A DNA stretch of 64,000 bases. Source: Candidatus Omnitrophota bacterium. GTDB taxonomy: Bacteria; Omnitrophota; Gorgyraeia; 2-01-FULL-45-10. The position numbers and the translations under genes were made by a program. Where the stretch lies: NCBI GenBank assembly GCA_028699255.1, contig JAQVUX010000001.1:228733-292732 (forward strand), given 5' to 3'. Within the stretch, counting starts at the first letter, position 1, and each line of letters begins with the position of its first letter. The notes under the pieces are model-generated. The model had not been told where the DNA came from. It did no database searches and was given only the letters and a program-made list of their open reading frames with translations. Of this stretch, positions 54,878 through 61,464 are shown piece by piece.

Positions 54878-55291
54878 TTAAATTGCGGAATTAATATTCC
54901 CCAGGTCATTTATCTGCAAATTGATAAATTTCAACAACACCACTTTTTCCAGATATTCCAGGCTAAGCGGTTTCGTTATATAATCGTTCGCGCCGGCGTC
55001 GAGGGCCTTATTTATCGTATCGTCATCCTTAACGCCGGTAACCATAATAACAACGATATCTTTATCTATCGCTTTTATGCGCTTCAATGTCTCTATACCG
55101 TCCATCCCGGACATATTTATGTCGAGGAGAACTATGCGCGGCTTATGTTTTTTTACTATTTTGATCGCTTCCTCGCCGCTCTGGGCATTGAAGACCTCAT
55201 AATTCCTAACGGTGAAAAATTCGTAAAAAAACGAATCGATCCCCATCTGGTCGTCGACAGTCAATATTTTACAAACTGGTTTTTCGCTCAT
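54878..55291 (-). CDS. Standalone response-regulator receiver (CheY-like) protein
   Basis: ILTVDD, LLDINMSGMDG (phospho-acceptor Asp), MVTG, K in ITKP. Start placed at MSEKP. Confidence 0.75.
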   Translation of the reverse strand: MSEKPVCKILTVDDQMGIDSFFYEFFTVRNYEVFNAQSGEEAIKIVKKHKPRIVLLDINMSGMDGIETLKRIKAIDKDIVVIMVTGVKDDDTINKALDAGANDYITKPLSLEYLEKVVLLKFINLQINDLGNINSAI

Positions 55292-55365
55292 ATGGATATA
55301 ATTATAACACAAAAGGTACATAAAGCAAGCGACGCCCCTGGTAAAATCGGAAAGCGTCGCATACC

Positions 55366-55394
55366 TTGACCTATTTTAAAAAAAATGTTACTAT
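55366..55394 (+). promoter_or_regulatory. Putative sigma70 promoter (-35 TTGACC, 17 nt spacer, -10 TACTAT) for tRNA-Gly
   Basis: cTTGACCtattttaaaaaaaatgtTACTATatc, about 20 nt before the tRNA. Confidence 0.45.
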
Positions 55395-55413
55395 ATCAAC
55401 GATTTTATTTCTC

Positions 55414-55487
55414 GCGGGAGTAGCACAATGGTAGTGCAGTAGCCTTCCAAGCTACCTACGTGGGTTCGATTCCCATCTCCCGCTCCA
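55414..55487 (+). tRNA. tRNA-Gly (anticodon TCC)
   Basis: GCGGGAGTAGCACAATGGTAGTGCAGTAGCCTTCCAAGCTACCTACGTGGGTTCGATTCCCATCTCCCGCTCCA. Confidence 0.85.
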
Positions 55488-55609
55488 TCTAACTTCAACA
55501 AGTCAGGGAATCGAAGCCGAATTTTCCGCCGAGCGATTAGCGAGGAAAAGCGCTATGCGCGACAGGAAATTCGGCTGGCCCGAAGCGAGGCCTATGGCCG
55601 AGCGAAGGG

Positions 55610-55629
55610 GATTCCCATCTCCCGCTCCA
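55610..55629 (+). repeat. 20-bp direct repeat of the tRNA-Gly 3' end (GATTCCCATCTCCCGCTCCA), 122 bp downstream of the tRNA
   Basis: Exact 20-mer match to 55468..55487. The intervening sequence is not tRNA-like. Confidence 0.6.
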
Positions 55630-55633
55630 TACT

Positions 55634-55661
55634 CTGAAAACTTTTCGAAGAAAGTTTTCAG
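55634..55661. other. 9-bp-stem hairpin (CTGAAAACT...AGTTTTCAG) between the tRNA-Gly region and the 3' end of the M54-like gene
   Basis: Seen directly. No flanking T-run on either strand, so terminator function is uncertain. Confidence 0.3.
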
Positions 55662-55687
55662 GTCCTGGCGTCTCAGATAAAAAATCC

Positions 55688-56347
55688 CTACTTCAGTACA
55701 GGCAGTTTTCCTTTGAATATCGGGGCTGTGCAGTTACTGTATAAGGTACTCTTGCACTCGGGGCAGTATATGCACCTCGCCTTATCGAGCGCCTTAATGT
55801 CATTCGACAAACTCATTACGCACCTGCGATCAGGGCAATATTTAAGCCTCATCACGCATCCGAGCTGATGCAGGGCTTCCTTCGCAACTCTTTCCAGAAA
55901 TAGCGCGTTATCCGGTTTCAGCGAATAGAACTCGTTACGGAGCCGCGCGATCGATACGACGGCTATCGCCTTTGACGGCGCCGACGCCCCGAAGACAAAA
56001 TCCGCCTCCTGCGAATAGATGTCGGCATCGACTATCACCAGAGCGCATTCCACGCTCTTATCCAGGACGATCTTCCCCGACGCATATGCCAATATCGCTT
56101 CCGCGGAATATTGTTTGCGCGATGGGTCGTAAGCCGCTTCCGGTAACTCTTCCTTCGGCAGTATCTCCGCCTTAGCGGTAATGGGCAGAAGCCCCGGAAG
56201 TTTATCTTTTACTACCCGCACCGCTTCCGCAGGCACATCCCCGAGCGGAAGTATATAAATACGCTCATCTATCACCTTCGCGTCCGCGATCGGCGACAGG
56301 ACAGCGCACAGAACCAATATCAGCAGGCATTCGATAATTTTTCGCAT
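55688..56347 (-). CDS. Secreted archaemetzincin-like (peptidase M54-like) zinc-binding protein with degenerate HEXXH
   Basis: Signal peptide. VAKEALHQLG...YCPDRRCVM...CIYCPEC resembles the M54 HExxHxxGxxHCx4CxM...CxxC architecture, but with K in place of the first His. Confidence 0.4.
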   Translation of the reverse strand: MRKIIECLLILVLCAVLSPIADAKVIDERIYILPLGDVPAEAVRVVKDKLPGLLPITAKAEILPKEELPEAAYDPSRKQYSAEAILAYASGKIVLDKSVECALVIVDADIYSQEADFVFGASAPSKAIAVVSIARLRNEFYSLKPDNALFLERVAKEALHQLGCVMRLKYCPDRRCVMSLSNDIKALDKARCIYCPECKSTLYSNCTAPIFKGKLPVLK

Positions 56348-56365
56348 TATTTTACTCCTATGATC

Positions 56366-57307
56366 TTAAAGGTACGGGCAGGGCTTGCCCTCCTCTATCA
56401 ATCCGCAATCCTTCGCGCACGGAACCATGATAAGCGTAACCTCGCTGTCGGGAACCCCTATTGCGATGTCCTTCTCGATCTCCGACACAATCTCATGAGA
56501 TTTCGCGAATGACATATCCCTCGGCATGATAACTTTTACCTCGATAAACTTGGTATGGCCGGCGGTACGTGTCTTCAGGTCTTTGAAATTGCAATAACGA
56601 TCGGCGTGCCGGGCGAGCCGCACTACCGTCTCCATCTTGCTCGGCTCTTCAATAGACGCATCGAGCAGATTAACGAAAGCCTGCCGCGTAAGTTTCAACG
56701 AAGGCAACGAAATAACAAGGCTCACCAGTATGGTTACGGCCGGATCGATGTATGGCTCGATATAAACATACGGCCCATGTTTCAGCATTATTGTAATTAT
56801 GAAAGCGCATGCGATGGCCGTCGAGATAAAACCTTCCAGCATATAATGAACACCCTCCGCCTTGACCGCCGGGGATGAGCTTTTGCGCGCCAATCGAAAT
56901 ATAAAGAACGATCCGATGAAATTCAGCGTCAGGCTGAGCGCGCTTGAGGCAAAACCTATCCATGGAAAGGTGACGTAGCTGGGATGAAAGAATGTCGCGA
57001 ATGCCTGGAATGACATGATGGCGGCGATGCCCATCAGAACTATGCCCTCCATGGCCTCGCACACATGCTCGACCTTGCCGTATCCATAATTATGGAATAG
57101 GTCCGCGGGCCTCATGGAAAGCTTCAGAGATTTATAGAGGATTATCGACACCGTAAGGCCAACCACCGTTATCGCGAAGTCCGTAGCGATAGCCAGCGAA
57201 TGAACTATTATAAGTGCCGCGAGCTTGAAGACAAAAAGCACGACATTGAACCAAAGGCTGATGCGCGCGGCCGTTATCATGTAGCGTTCTTTATCGGTCA
57301 TAGCCAT
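56366..57307 (-). CDS. Cation diffusion facilitator family metal exporter
   Basis: Six transmembrane helices with HSLAIATDFA-type metal site and a cytoplasmic C-terminal domain, 313 aa. Confidence 0.85.
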   Translation of the reverse strand: MAMTDKERYMITAARISLWFNVVLFVFKLAALIIVHSLAIATDFAITVVGLTVSIILYKSLKLSMRPADLFHNYGYGKVEHVCEAMEGIVLMGIAAIMSFQAFATFFHPSYVTFPWIGFASSALSLTLNFIGSFFIFRLARKSSSPAVKAEGVHYMLEGFISTAIACAFIITIMLKHGPYVYIEPYIDPAVTILVSLVISLPSLKLTRQAFVNLLDASIEEPSKMETVVRLARHADRYCNFKDLKTRTAGHTKFIEVKVIMPRDMSFAKSHEIVSEIEKDIAIGVPDSEVTLIMVPCAKDCGLIEEGKPCPYL

Positions 57308-57385
57308 GAAAACTCCGGGTTGTTCATGTAAATATTATACATTAGAAGACAGTTAAAACGGAAGTTGAATATGGCGGAGGCAATT

Positions 57386-57775
57386 CTATTTAGCGAATAA
57401 AACCATCAGTTGTTTCGAAATAACAAATCCGACAAATACCAGCACCACACCTAATGTATTGGTAGCGATGATATTCATTATGGCAACTTTGATTTGCCCG
57501 TCCTTGAATAAATGGAAGTTTTCCAGGCTAAAGGTAGAGAATGTTGTGAAGCCACCCAAAATACCCACGAACACAAAAACCCTTACCTGGGATGGTACGG
57601 CAAAGCGCTCGAATAACCCCCACAAAAAACCTATAACCAGAGATCCCAAAAGATTTACGATTAAAGTATTGACCGGAAAGAGGTGATTTGAAAATCTATG
57701 TTCAACGCCAGATAGAAAATATCTGGACATCGTTCCTACTGCGCCGCCTAAACCTATAACAAAAAACCTTAACAT
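57386..57775 (-). CDS. crcB: Fluoride ion channel CrcB/FluC
   Basis: LGGFTTFSTFSLE signature. ATG at 57775 sits 8 nt after an AGGAGA ribosome-binding site. Confidence 0.85.
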   Translation of the reverse strand: MLRFFVIGLGGAVGTMSRYFLSGVEHRFSNHLFPVNTLIVNLLGSLVIGFLWGLFERFAVPSQVRVFVFVGILGGFTTFSTFSLENFHLFKDGQIKVAIMNIIATNTLGVVLVFVGFVISKQLMVLFAK

Positions 57776-57795
57776 AGACAATTCTCCTATTTTTA

Positions 57796-57850
57796 GTAGG
57801 AGTCATCGGCCGTGTTAAGGCGGTTAAAGGCGAACTCCATCGCCCATGCT
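57796..57850 (-). promoter_or_regulatory. Fluoride riboswitch (crcB RNA motif) in the crcB leader
   Basis: Minus-sense GGGCGATGGAGTTCGCCTTTAACCGCCTTAACACGGCCGATGACTCCTAC matches the fluoride aptamer consensus (GGnGAUGGnGUUCGCC...AACCGCC...GAUGAnUCCUAC), directly upstream of crcB. Confidence 0.75.
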
Positions 57851-57866
57851 ATTAAAACCTGATATT

Positions 57867-57894
57867 ATTATAGCATCACTTTTCTGCTTGTAAA
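57867..57894 (-). promoter_or_regulatory. Putative sigma70 promoter (-35 TTTACA, 16 nt spacer, -10 TATAAT) driving riboswitch-crcB
   Basis: Minus-sense gtcTTTACAagcagaaaagtgatgcTATAATaatatcagg, with the aptamer starting about 10 nt downstream. Confidence 0.45.
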
Positions 57895-57935
57895 GACAAA
57901 AAATCGCCGTCAATCGCCGTCAAAACGGCGCGATG
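57895..57935 (-). terminator. Probable intrinsic terminator of the SpoU methyltransferase gene, overlapping its last codons
   Basis: Minus-sense CGCCGttttgaCGGCGattgaCGGCGaTTTTTTg (CGCCG/CGGCG stems followed by a U-run). Confidence 0.35.
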
Positions 57936-58725
57936 CCTCATACAGGCATACGGCACTTGCGCTCGCGACATTCAAAGAGTCGACGCTTTTCGCTATCGGT
58001 ATGCGGACTTTGACGTCCGCGATATCCAACACTTTACGCGACACGCCATTATCCTCGTTACCAAAAACAAAACAAACATTGTCCGTGAATTTAACGCTAT
58101 CGATATCCTTAGCGCCTCTGCGGGGAGTGGCGGCAATTATGCGCGTGCCGTGCTCCGCTTTTAACCGGCTGAGACTTGAGGCAAGGTCGCGTTCGTAACA
58201 AACCGGTAGCCCGAAGACTGTGCCCATAGATACCCTGACCGCTTTCCGATAATACGGATCATACGTTTCGCTATCGACAATAATCGCCCGGACGCCGAAA
58301 GCGGCCGCGTTACGCACTATCAGCCCGACATTTTGCGGGTCATTGACAGCGTTGAGCGCAACCAGAAATAGCGGGCGCTTGGCTTTTTTTAACACGGTAG
58401 AGAGTGTAAACTTTTCAGGGCAATACCCGACCGCCATTATTCCCTTGTGGAACCGGAAGCCTATAACGCCTTCTATCACCTCATCCGGCGCGACGTAAGT
58501 GGTGACGCCCTTCTTCGCCATCTTCGCGATCAGATGCCCGTACTTTGCGATGGCGCCGGTGGCGGTAATGCACGACGCTATCCGGCAGGCACTTGCGACC
58601 ATGCTCTCGATAACCTTCTCGCCTTCGGCAATAAAAATACCGTCGCGCTCGAGATGCTTGCCTTTGAGGGATTTGTAGGGTGCCAGTCGTGGGTCGTGTG
58701 AATCGTGAATGGGGATAATATTCAT
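57910..58725 (-). CDS. SpoU/TrmH-family RNA 2'-O-methyltransferase
   Basis: SPOUT motifs LVALNAVNDPQNVGLIVRNAAAFG, FVFGNEDNGVS and SLNVASASAV. 271 aa. Confidence 0.8.
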   Translation of the reverse strand: MNIIPIHDSHDPRLAPYKSLKGKHLERDGIFIAEGEKVIESMVASACRIASCITATGAIAKYGHLIAKMAKKGVTTYVAPDEVIEGVIGFRFHKGIMAVGYCPEKFTLSTVLKKAKRPLFLVALNAVNDPQNVGLIVRNAAAFGVRAIIVDSETYDPYYRKAVRVSMGTVFGLPVCYERDLASSLSRLKAEHGTRIIAATPRRGAKDIDSVKFTDNVCFVFGNEDNGVSRKVLDIADVKVRIPIAKSVDSLNVASASAVCLYEASRRFDGD

Positions 58726-58810
58726 CAGGTCTTTTTCAAAAACACCGGTTATGCTTCGCTTATCGCCTTAGTTCTCTTTTCAGGAATTACTTTATTGAAA
58801 AAGGAACGCC

Positions 58811-58850
58811 GCAGTTATCCACAAAGTAGTGCACACTTAAGGGTGCACTA
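58811..58850 (-). repeat. Hairpin element copy 1: conserved AGTTATCCACAAAGTAG (contains perfect DnaA-box TTATCCACA) + 11-bp-stem hairpin + CTACTT
   Basis: Plus-strand agttatccacaAAGTAGTGCACacttaaggGTGCACTACTTgc. Shares a 17-nt flank and the stem bases with 59904..59935, while the stem interior differs with compensatory changes. Confidence 0.55.
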
Positions 58851-58867
58851 CTTGCTTGCATGTTCGG

Positions 58868-58880
58868 TTGGTGGTGAGGG
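58868..58880 (-). repeat. 13-bp direct repeat of the tRNA-like 3' end at 63320..63332 (TTGGTGGTGAGGG; minus-sense CCCTCACCACCAA)
   Basis: Exact 13-mer occurring twice in the window, with a similar tgtt..g context at both sites. Chance expectation in 64 kb is about 0.002. Confidence 0.5.
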
Positions 58881-58905
58881 TTCGCCTCGAACTGAAAAGA
58901 TACTG

Positions 58906-59082
58906 TTATTTCAATGAAAAAGGCACATTAACATGCATTGCCACCTCTTCCTTCGCCGAGACTTTGCTTACTGGAAAATTATTTGCACAAAAATTAACGA
59001 ACTCGACATACTCGGCCATGGGAAGCCAACCGTTCTTCTCAGGAAATTTTCCGACCGGCAGCCTTAGTTCGTCTTTTCTCAT
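58906..59082 (-). CDS. Hypothetical 58-aa protein, translationally coupled to the upstream nucleotidyltransferase
   Basis: MRKDELRLPVGKFPEKNGWLPMAEYVEFVNFCANNFPVSKVSAKEEVAMHVNVPFSLK. ATG overlaps the nucleotidyltransferase stop as ATGA. No family recognised. Confidence 0.35.
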   Translation of the reverse strand: MRKDELRLPVGKFPEKNGWLPMAEYVEFVNFCANNFPVSKVSAKEEVAMHVNVPFSLK

Positions 59083-59633
59083 TTCTTAAATACTCCTAGA
59101 ATGTCATTGTAAATTTCTTTTGTTCCGAATTTCAGACAGATACCTTTAAATTCTTCGCCTTCAAAATCAATATTGTTCATCTTTATAAGCTCTATTATGT
59201 CGGGCAAATCTTTCAATAACCTGTTCTTTGCCCCGTGCTTTATAGCGTGAAGCTTGAGCGCAATTAAATGATTAAGGGATGGAACAACTAGCTCCATGCC
59301 CGCAATAGTTGTTTTCTGGCCTTCCCGCAATATCTTATCTCGCGTAGCCTCATCTACAATCATAAAGTCTATATCCACTGTATCTTTTGCGCTCGACATG
59401 CGCACGGCCACATTCGTAGCGAAATTTTCGGCGTATCCGGCTTCGCTTAGTATCTTTTCGATTTTTTTAAAATCATCTTTCGTCATCAAAAAATCAACAT
59501 CACGAGTACCGCGCGTAACCTTATAGAAATTTACCGCAAAACCACCTATAAGTATACATGGTACAGCCGTTTTTCTTGACGCCTCAGCAACAAGGTGAAA
59601 TACCTTTGAATAATCCATTGACATATTATACAA
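59079..59633 (-). CDS. Minimal nucleotidyltransferase, aminoglycoside 2''-adenylyltransferase (ANT(2'')/AadB)-like fold
   Basis: VPCILIGGFAVNFYKVTRGTRDVDFLM resembles the ANT(2'')-Ia segment PLWIGGGWAIDARLGRVTRKHDDIDLTF (GG...GRVTR...DxD). 184 aa versus 177 aa for AadB. Similarity is recalled from memory, not searched. Confidence 0.5.
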   Translation of the reverse strand: MYNMSMDYSKVFHLVAEASRKTAVPCILIGGFAVNFYKVTRGTRDVDFLMTKDDFKKIEKILSEAGYAENFATNVAVRMSSAKDTVDIDFMIVDEATRDKILREGQKTTIAGMELVVPSLNHLIALKLHAIKHGAKNRLLKDLPDIIELIKMNNIDFEGEEFKGICLKFGTKEIYNDILGVFKK

Positions 59634-59687
59634 GGAAAATTATAAAAACGGAAGGAGAATGATTATGCGGAACCGGAACGATTTTTT

Positions 59688-59888
59688 TTATGCTTTTTGA
59701 CGGAACTTAATAACGATATCCCTCGCGCCTTTGCGAATAGCACGCCTGCCTTCTGCTATGGTCTTGAGCAGCCACGGGTCACTCGACTCCTCCTCTATTT
59801 CAAGCTGCTCCGGCAGGGGCAGAAAGTCGGGTATTCTTACTAGCTTACCGATTGGCATATCATAATCGATTTTGCGCTTCGTTTTCAT
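59688..59888 (-). CDS. Hypothetical small protein (66 aa from the ATG; the ORF-track start at 59903 is a TTG inside the repeat element)
   Basis: MKTKRKIDYDMPIGKLVRIPDFLPLPEQLEIEE... Immediately downstream of hairpin element copy 2. Confidence 0.35.
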   Translation of the reverse strand: MKTKRKIDYDMPIGKLVRIPDFLPLPEQLEIEEESSDPWLLKTIAEGRRAIRKGARDIVIKFRQKA

Positions 59889-59903
59889 AAAAGTTATCCA
59901 CAA

Positions 59904-59935
59904 AGTAGCTGACGTTTAAAACGTCAGCTACTTAC
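59904..59935 (-). repeat. Hairpin element copy 2: AGTTATCCACAAAGTAG + 14-bp-stem hairpin + CTACTT (perfect DnaA-box TTATCCACA)
   Basis: Plus-strand agttatccacaAAGTAGCTGACGTTtaaaAACGTCAGCTACTTac. Lies between the nhaP2 stop and the small ORF start. Confidence 0.55.
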
Positions 59936-59941
59936 TTCACC

Positions 59942-61414
59942 CTATTCACCATCATTCTTTTTAAGCTGCGCCAGTGTTTTTTGAAAATCCGAAAAATCTG
60001 CAGCATTCGCAAGTACCAGCATAACATCGCCGCCTTCTATGGCCACGGATCCAGACGGTATTATAAATTTGTCATTTCTAGAAATAAGCATAATAAGACA
60101 TTTCTCTGGGACATTTAAATCGCTGATTCTCTTGCCTTCCGCCTGCGAATTATACGGCACAATAGCTTCCGTTAATTCCGCATCGATGCCTTCTGTTTTT
60201 TCAAATTCTATAGGATAATTCCTCCTATAGGCCACCGGCACATCCAGTTTCAATAATTTAGAAATAAACGGAATGGATGTTCCTTGAATAAATACTGACG
60301 CGATAACGACAAAGAATACTATATTAAAATAAACATCCGCCCGCGGAATACCCGCCATAAAAGGGAACGTCGCGAGGATAATCGGGACCGATCCTCTTAA
60401 GCCGACCCATCCGATCATAATTTTTTTGCGCATACTCATCTTAAATGGCAATAGACACAGCATTACGCTGACCGGACGGGCTACTACCATCAAGAGAAAT
60501 GTAAGTAATAGTCCCGCCCCTATCAATGGGACTATATGTGAAGGGAAAACGAGCAGTCCCAGTGTAACAAACATAGTGATTTGCATGAGCCAGGCCAAGC
60601 CGTCGTGAAATTTCATAATCATCTTTTTATTGGGAAATTCCGCATGACCCAACATTAGACCCGCTATATATACCGCGAGGAAACCGTTGCCCTTCAAAAA
60701 AACGGCAATCACATACGTTAAAATAACAAGAGAGATCATCAGCGCTAAATAGAGCCCTTCGTATTCCAATTTCAAACGGTTGATAAAAAATATGATAAAT
60801 CTTGCCGATAGATACCCTATAAGGGCGCCTACGCCCATATCGAGGGCAAATTTTGGGATGAGGAGAGCGATATTTGACCCATTTGCCGCAATAATGCCTA
60901 TAAATCCTATGGTCAAGAAAACAGCCATCGGGTCATTACTGCCGGATTCAAATTCGAGTAGAGGCTTAAGGGGGCTTCTTAGACTTATACGTTTGGATCT
61001 CAGTATACTGAACACAGCGGCGGCATCTGTTGAGGAAACTATAGAACCTAGAAGCATTCCTTCAAGAAAAGAAAACTTCAGAATATATACAGCAAAAAAC
61101 CCCGTTATGATAGCGGTCAACAATACTCCAACTGTGGATAGAATAACTCCCGGCAAGACAACAGGCTTAGTTTCCTTCCAGCTTGTGTCCAACCCGCCGG
61201 AAAAGATAATGAACATTAGGGCTATAACGCCTATGGATTTCGCTAATTGCGCGTTATCGAAATAAATACCACCGATACCTTCCGATCCGGCAAGCATACC
61301 GACCGCCAAGAATAGCAGCAAGGCAGGTATAGCAAATCTATCCGAGAGCTTGCTCGAGACAACGCTCACGAATATCAATACCGCAACCCATAATAATATA
61401 TATTCGATCTGCAT
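59942..61414 (-). CDS. nhaP2: K+/H+ (Na+/H+) antiporter, NhaP2/CPA1 family with C-terminal TrkA-C-like domain
   Basis: 490 aa with about 12 transmembrane helices. FESGSNDPMAVFLT motif. Cytoplasmic C-terminal regulatory domain. Confidence 0.8.
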   Translation of the reverse strand: MQIEYILLWVAVLIFVSVVSSKLSDRFAIPALLLFLAVGMLAGSEGIGGIYFDNAQLAKSIGVIALMFIIFSGGLDTSWKETKPVVLPGVILSTVGVLLTAIITGFFAVYILKFSFLEGMLLGSIVSSTDAAAVFSILRSKRISLRSPLKPLLEFESGSNDPMAVFLTIGFIGIIAANGSNIALLIPKFALDMGVGALIGYLSARFIIFFINRLKLEYEGLYLALMISLVILTYVIAVFLKGNGFLAVYIAGLMLGHAEFPNKKMIMKFHDGLAWLMQITMFVTLGLLVFPSHIVPLIGAGLLLTFLLMVVARPVSVMLCLLPFKMSMRKKIMIGWVGLRGSVPIILATFPFMAGIPRADVYFNIVFFVVIASVFIQGTSIPFISKLLKLDVPVAYRRNYPIEFEKTEGIDAELTEAIVPYNSQAEGKRISDLNVPEKCLIMLISRNDKFIIPSGSVAIEGGDVMLVLANAADFSDFQKTLAQLKKNDGE

Positions 61415-61464
61415 AGTATCCGACTCTTTTCCTGACCGTTATATATTATACATCCGTAGACCCA

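Noticed and set aside
55322-55365. Hairpin GCGACGC...GCGTCGC upstream of the tRNA-Gly promoter
   Set aside because: The 7-bp stem with an 18-nt loop is weak. It has no U-run and no obvious function.
58811-59935. Calling the flanking hairpin repeats integron attC sites
   Set aside because: The conserved-ends/variable-centre architecture and the aadB-like cargo are suggestive. However, there is no RYYYAAC/GTTRRRY core and no intI or attI in the window. It is kept as an open hypothesis in the findings only.
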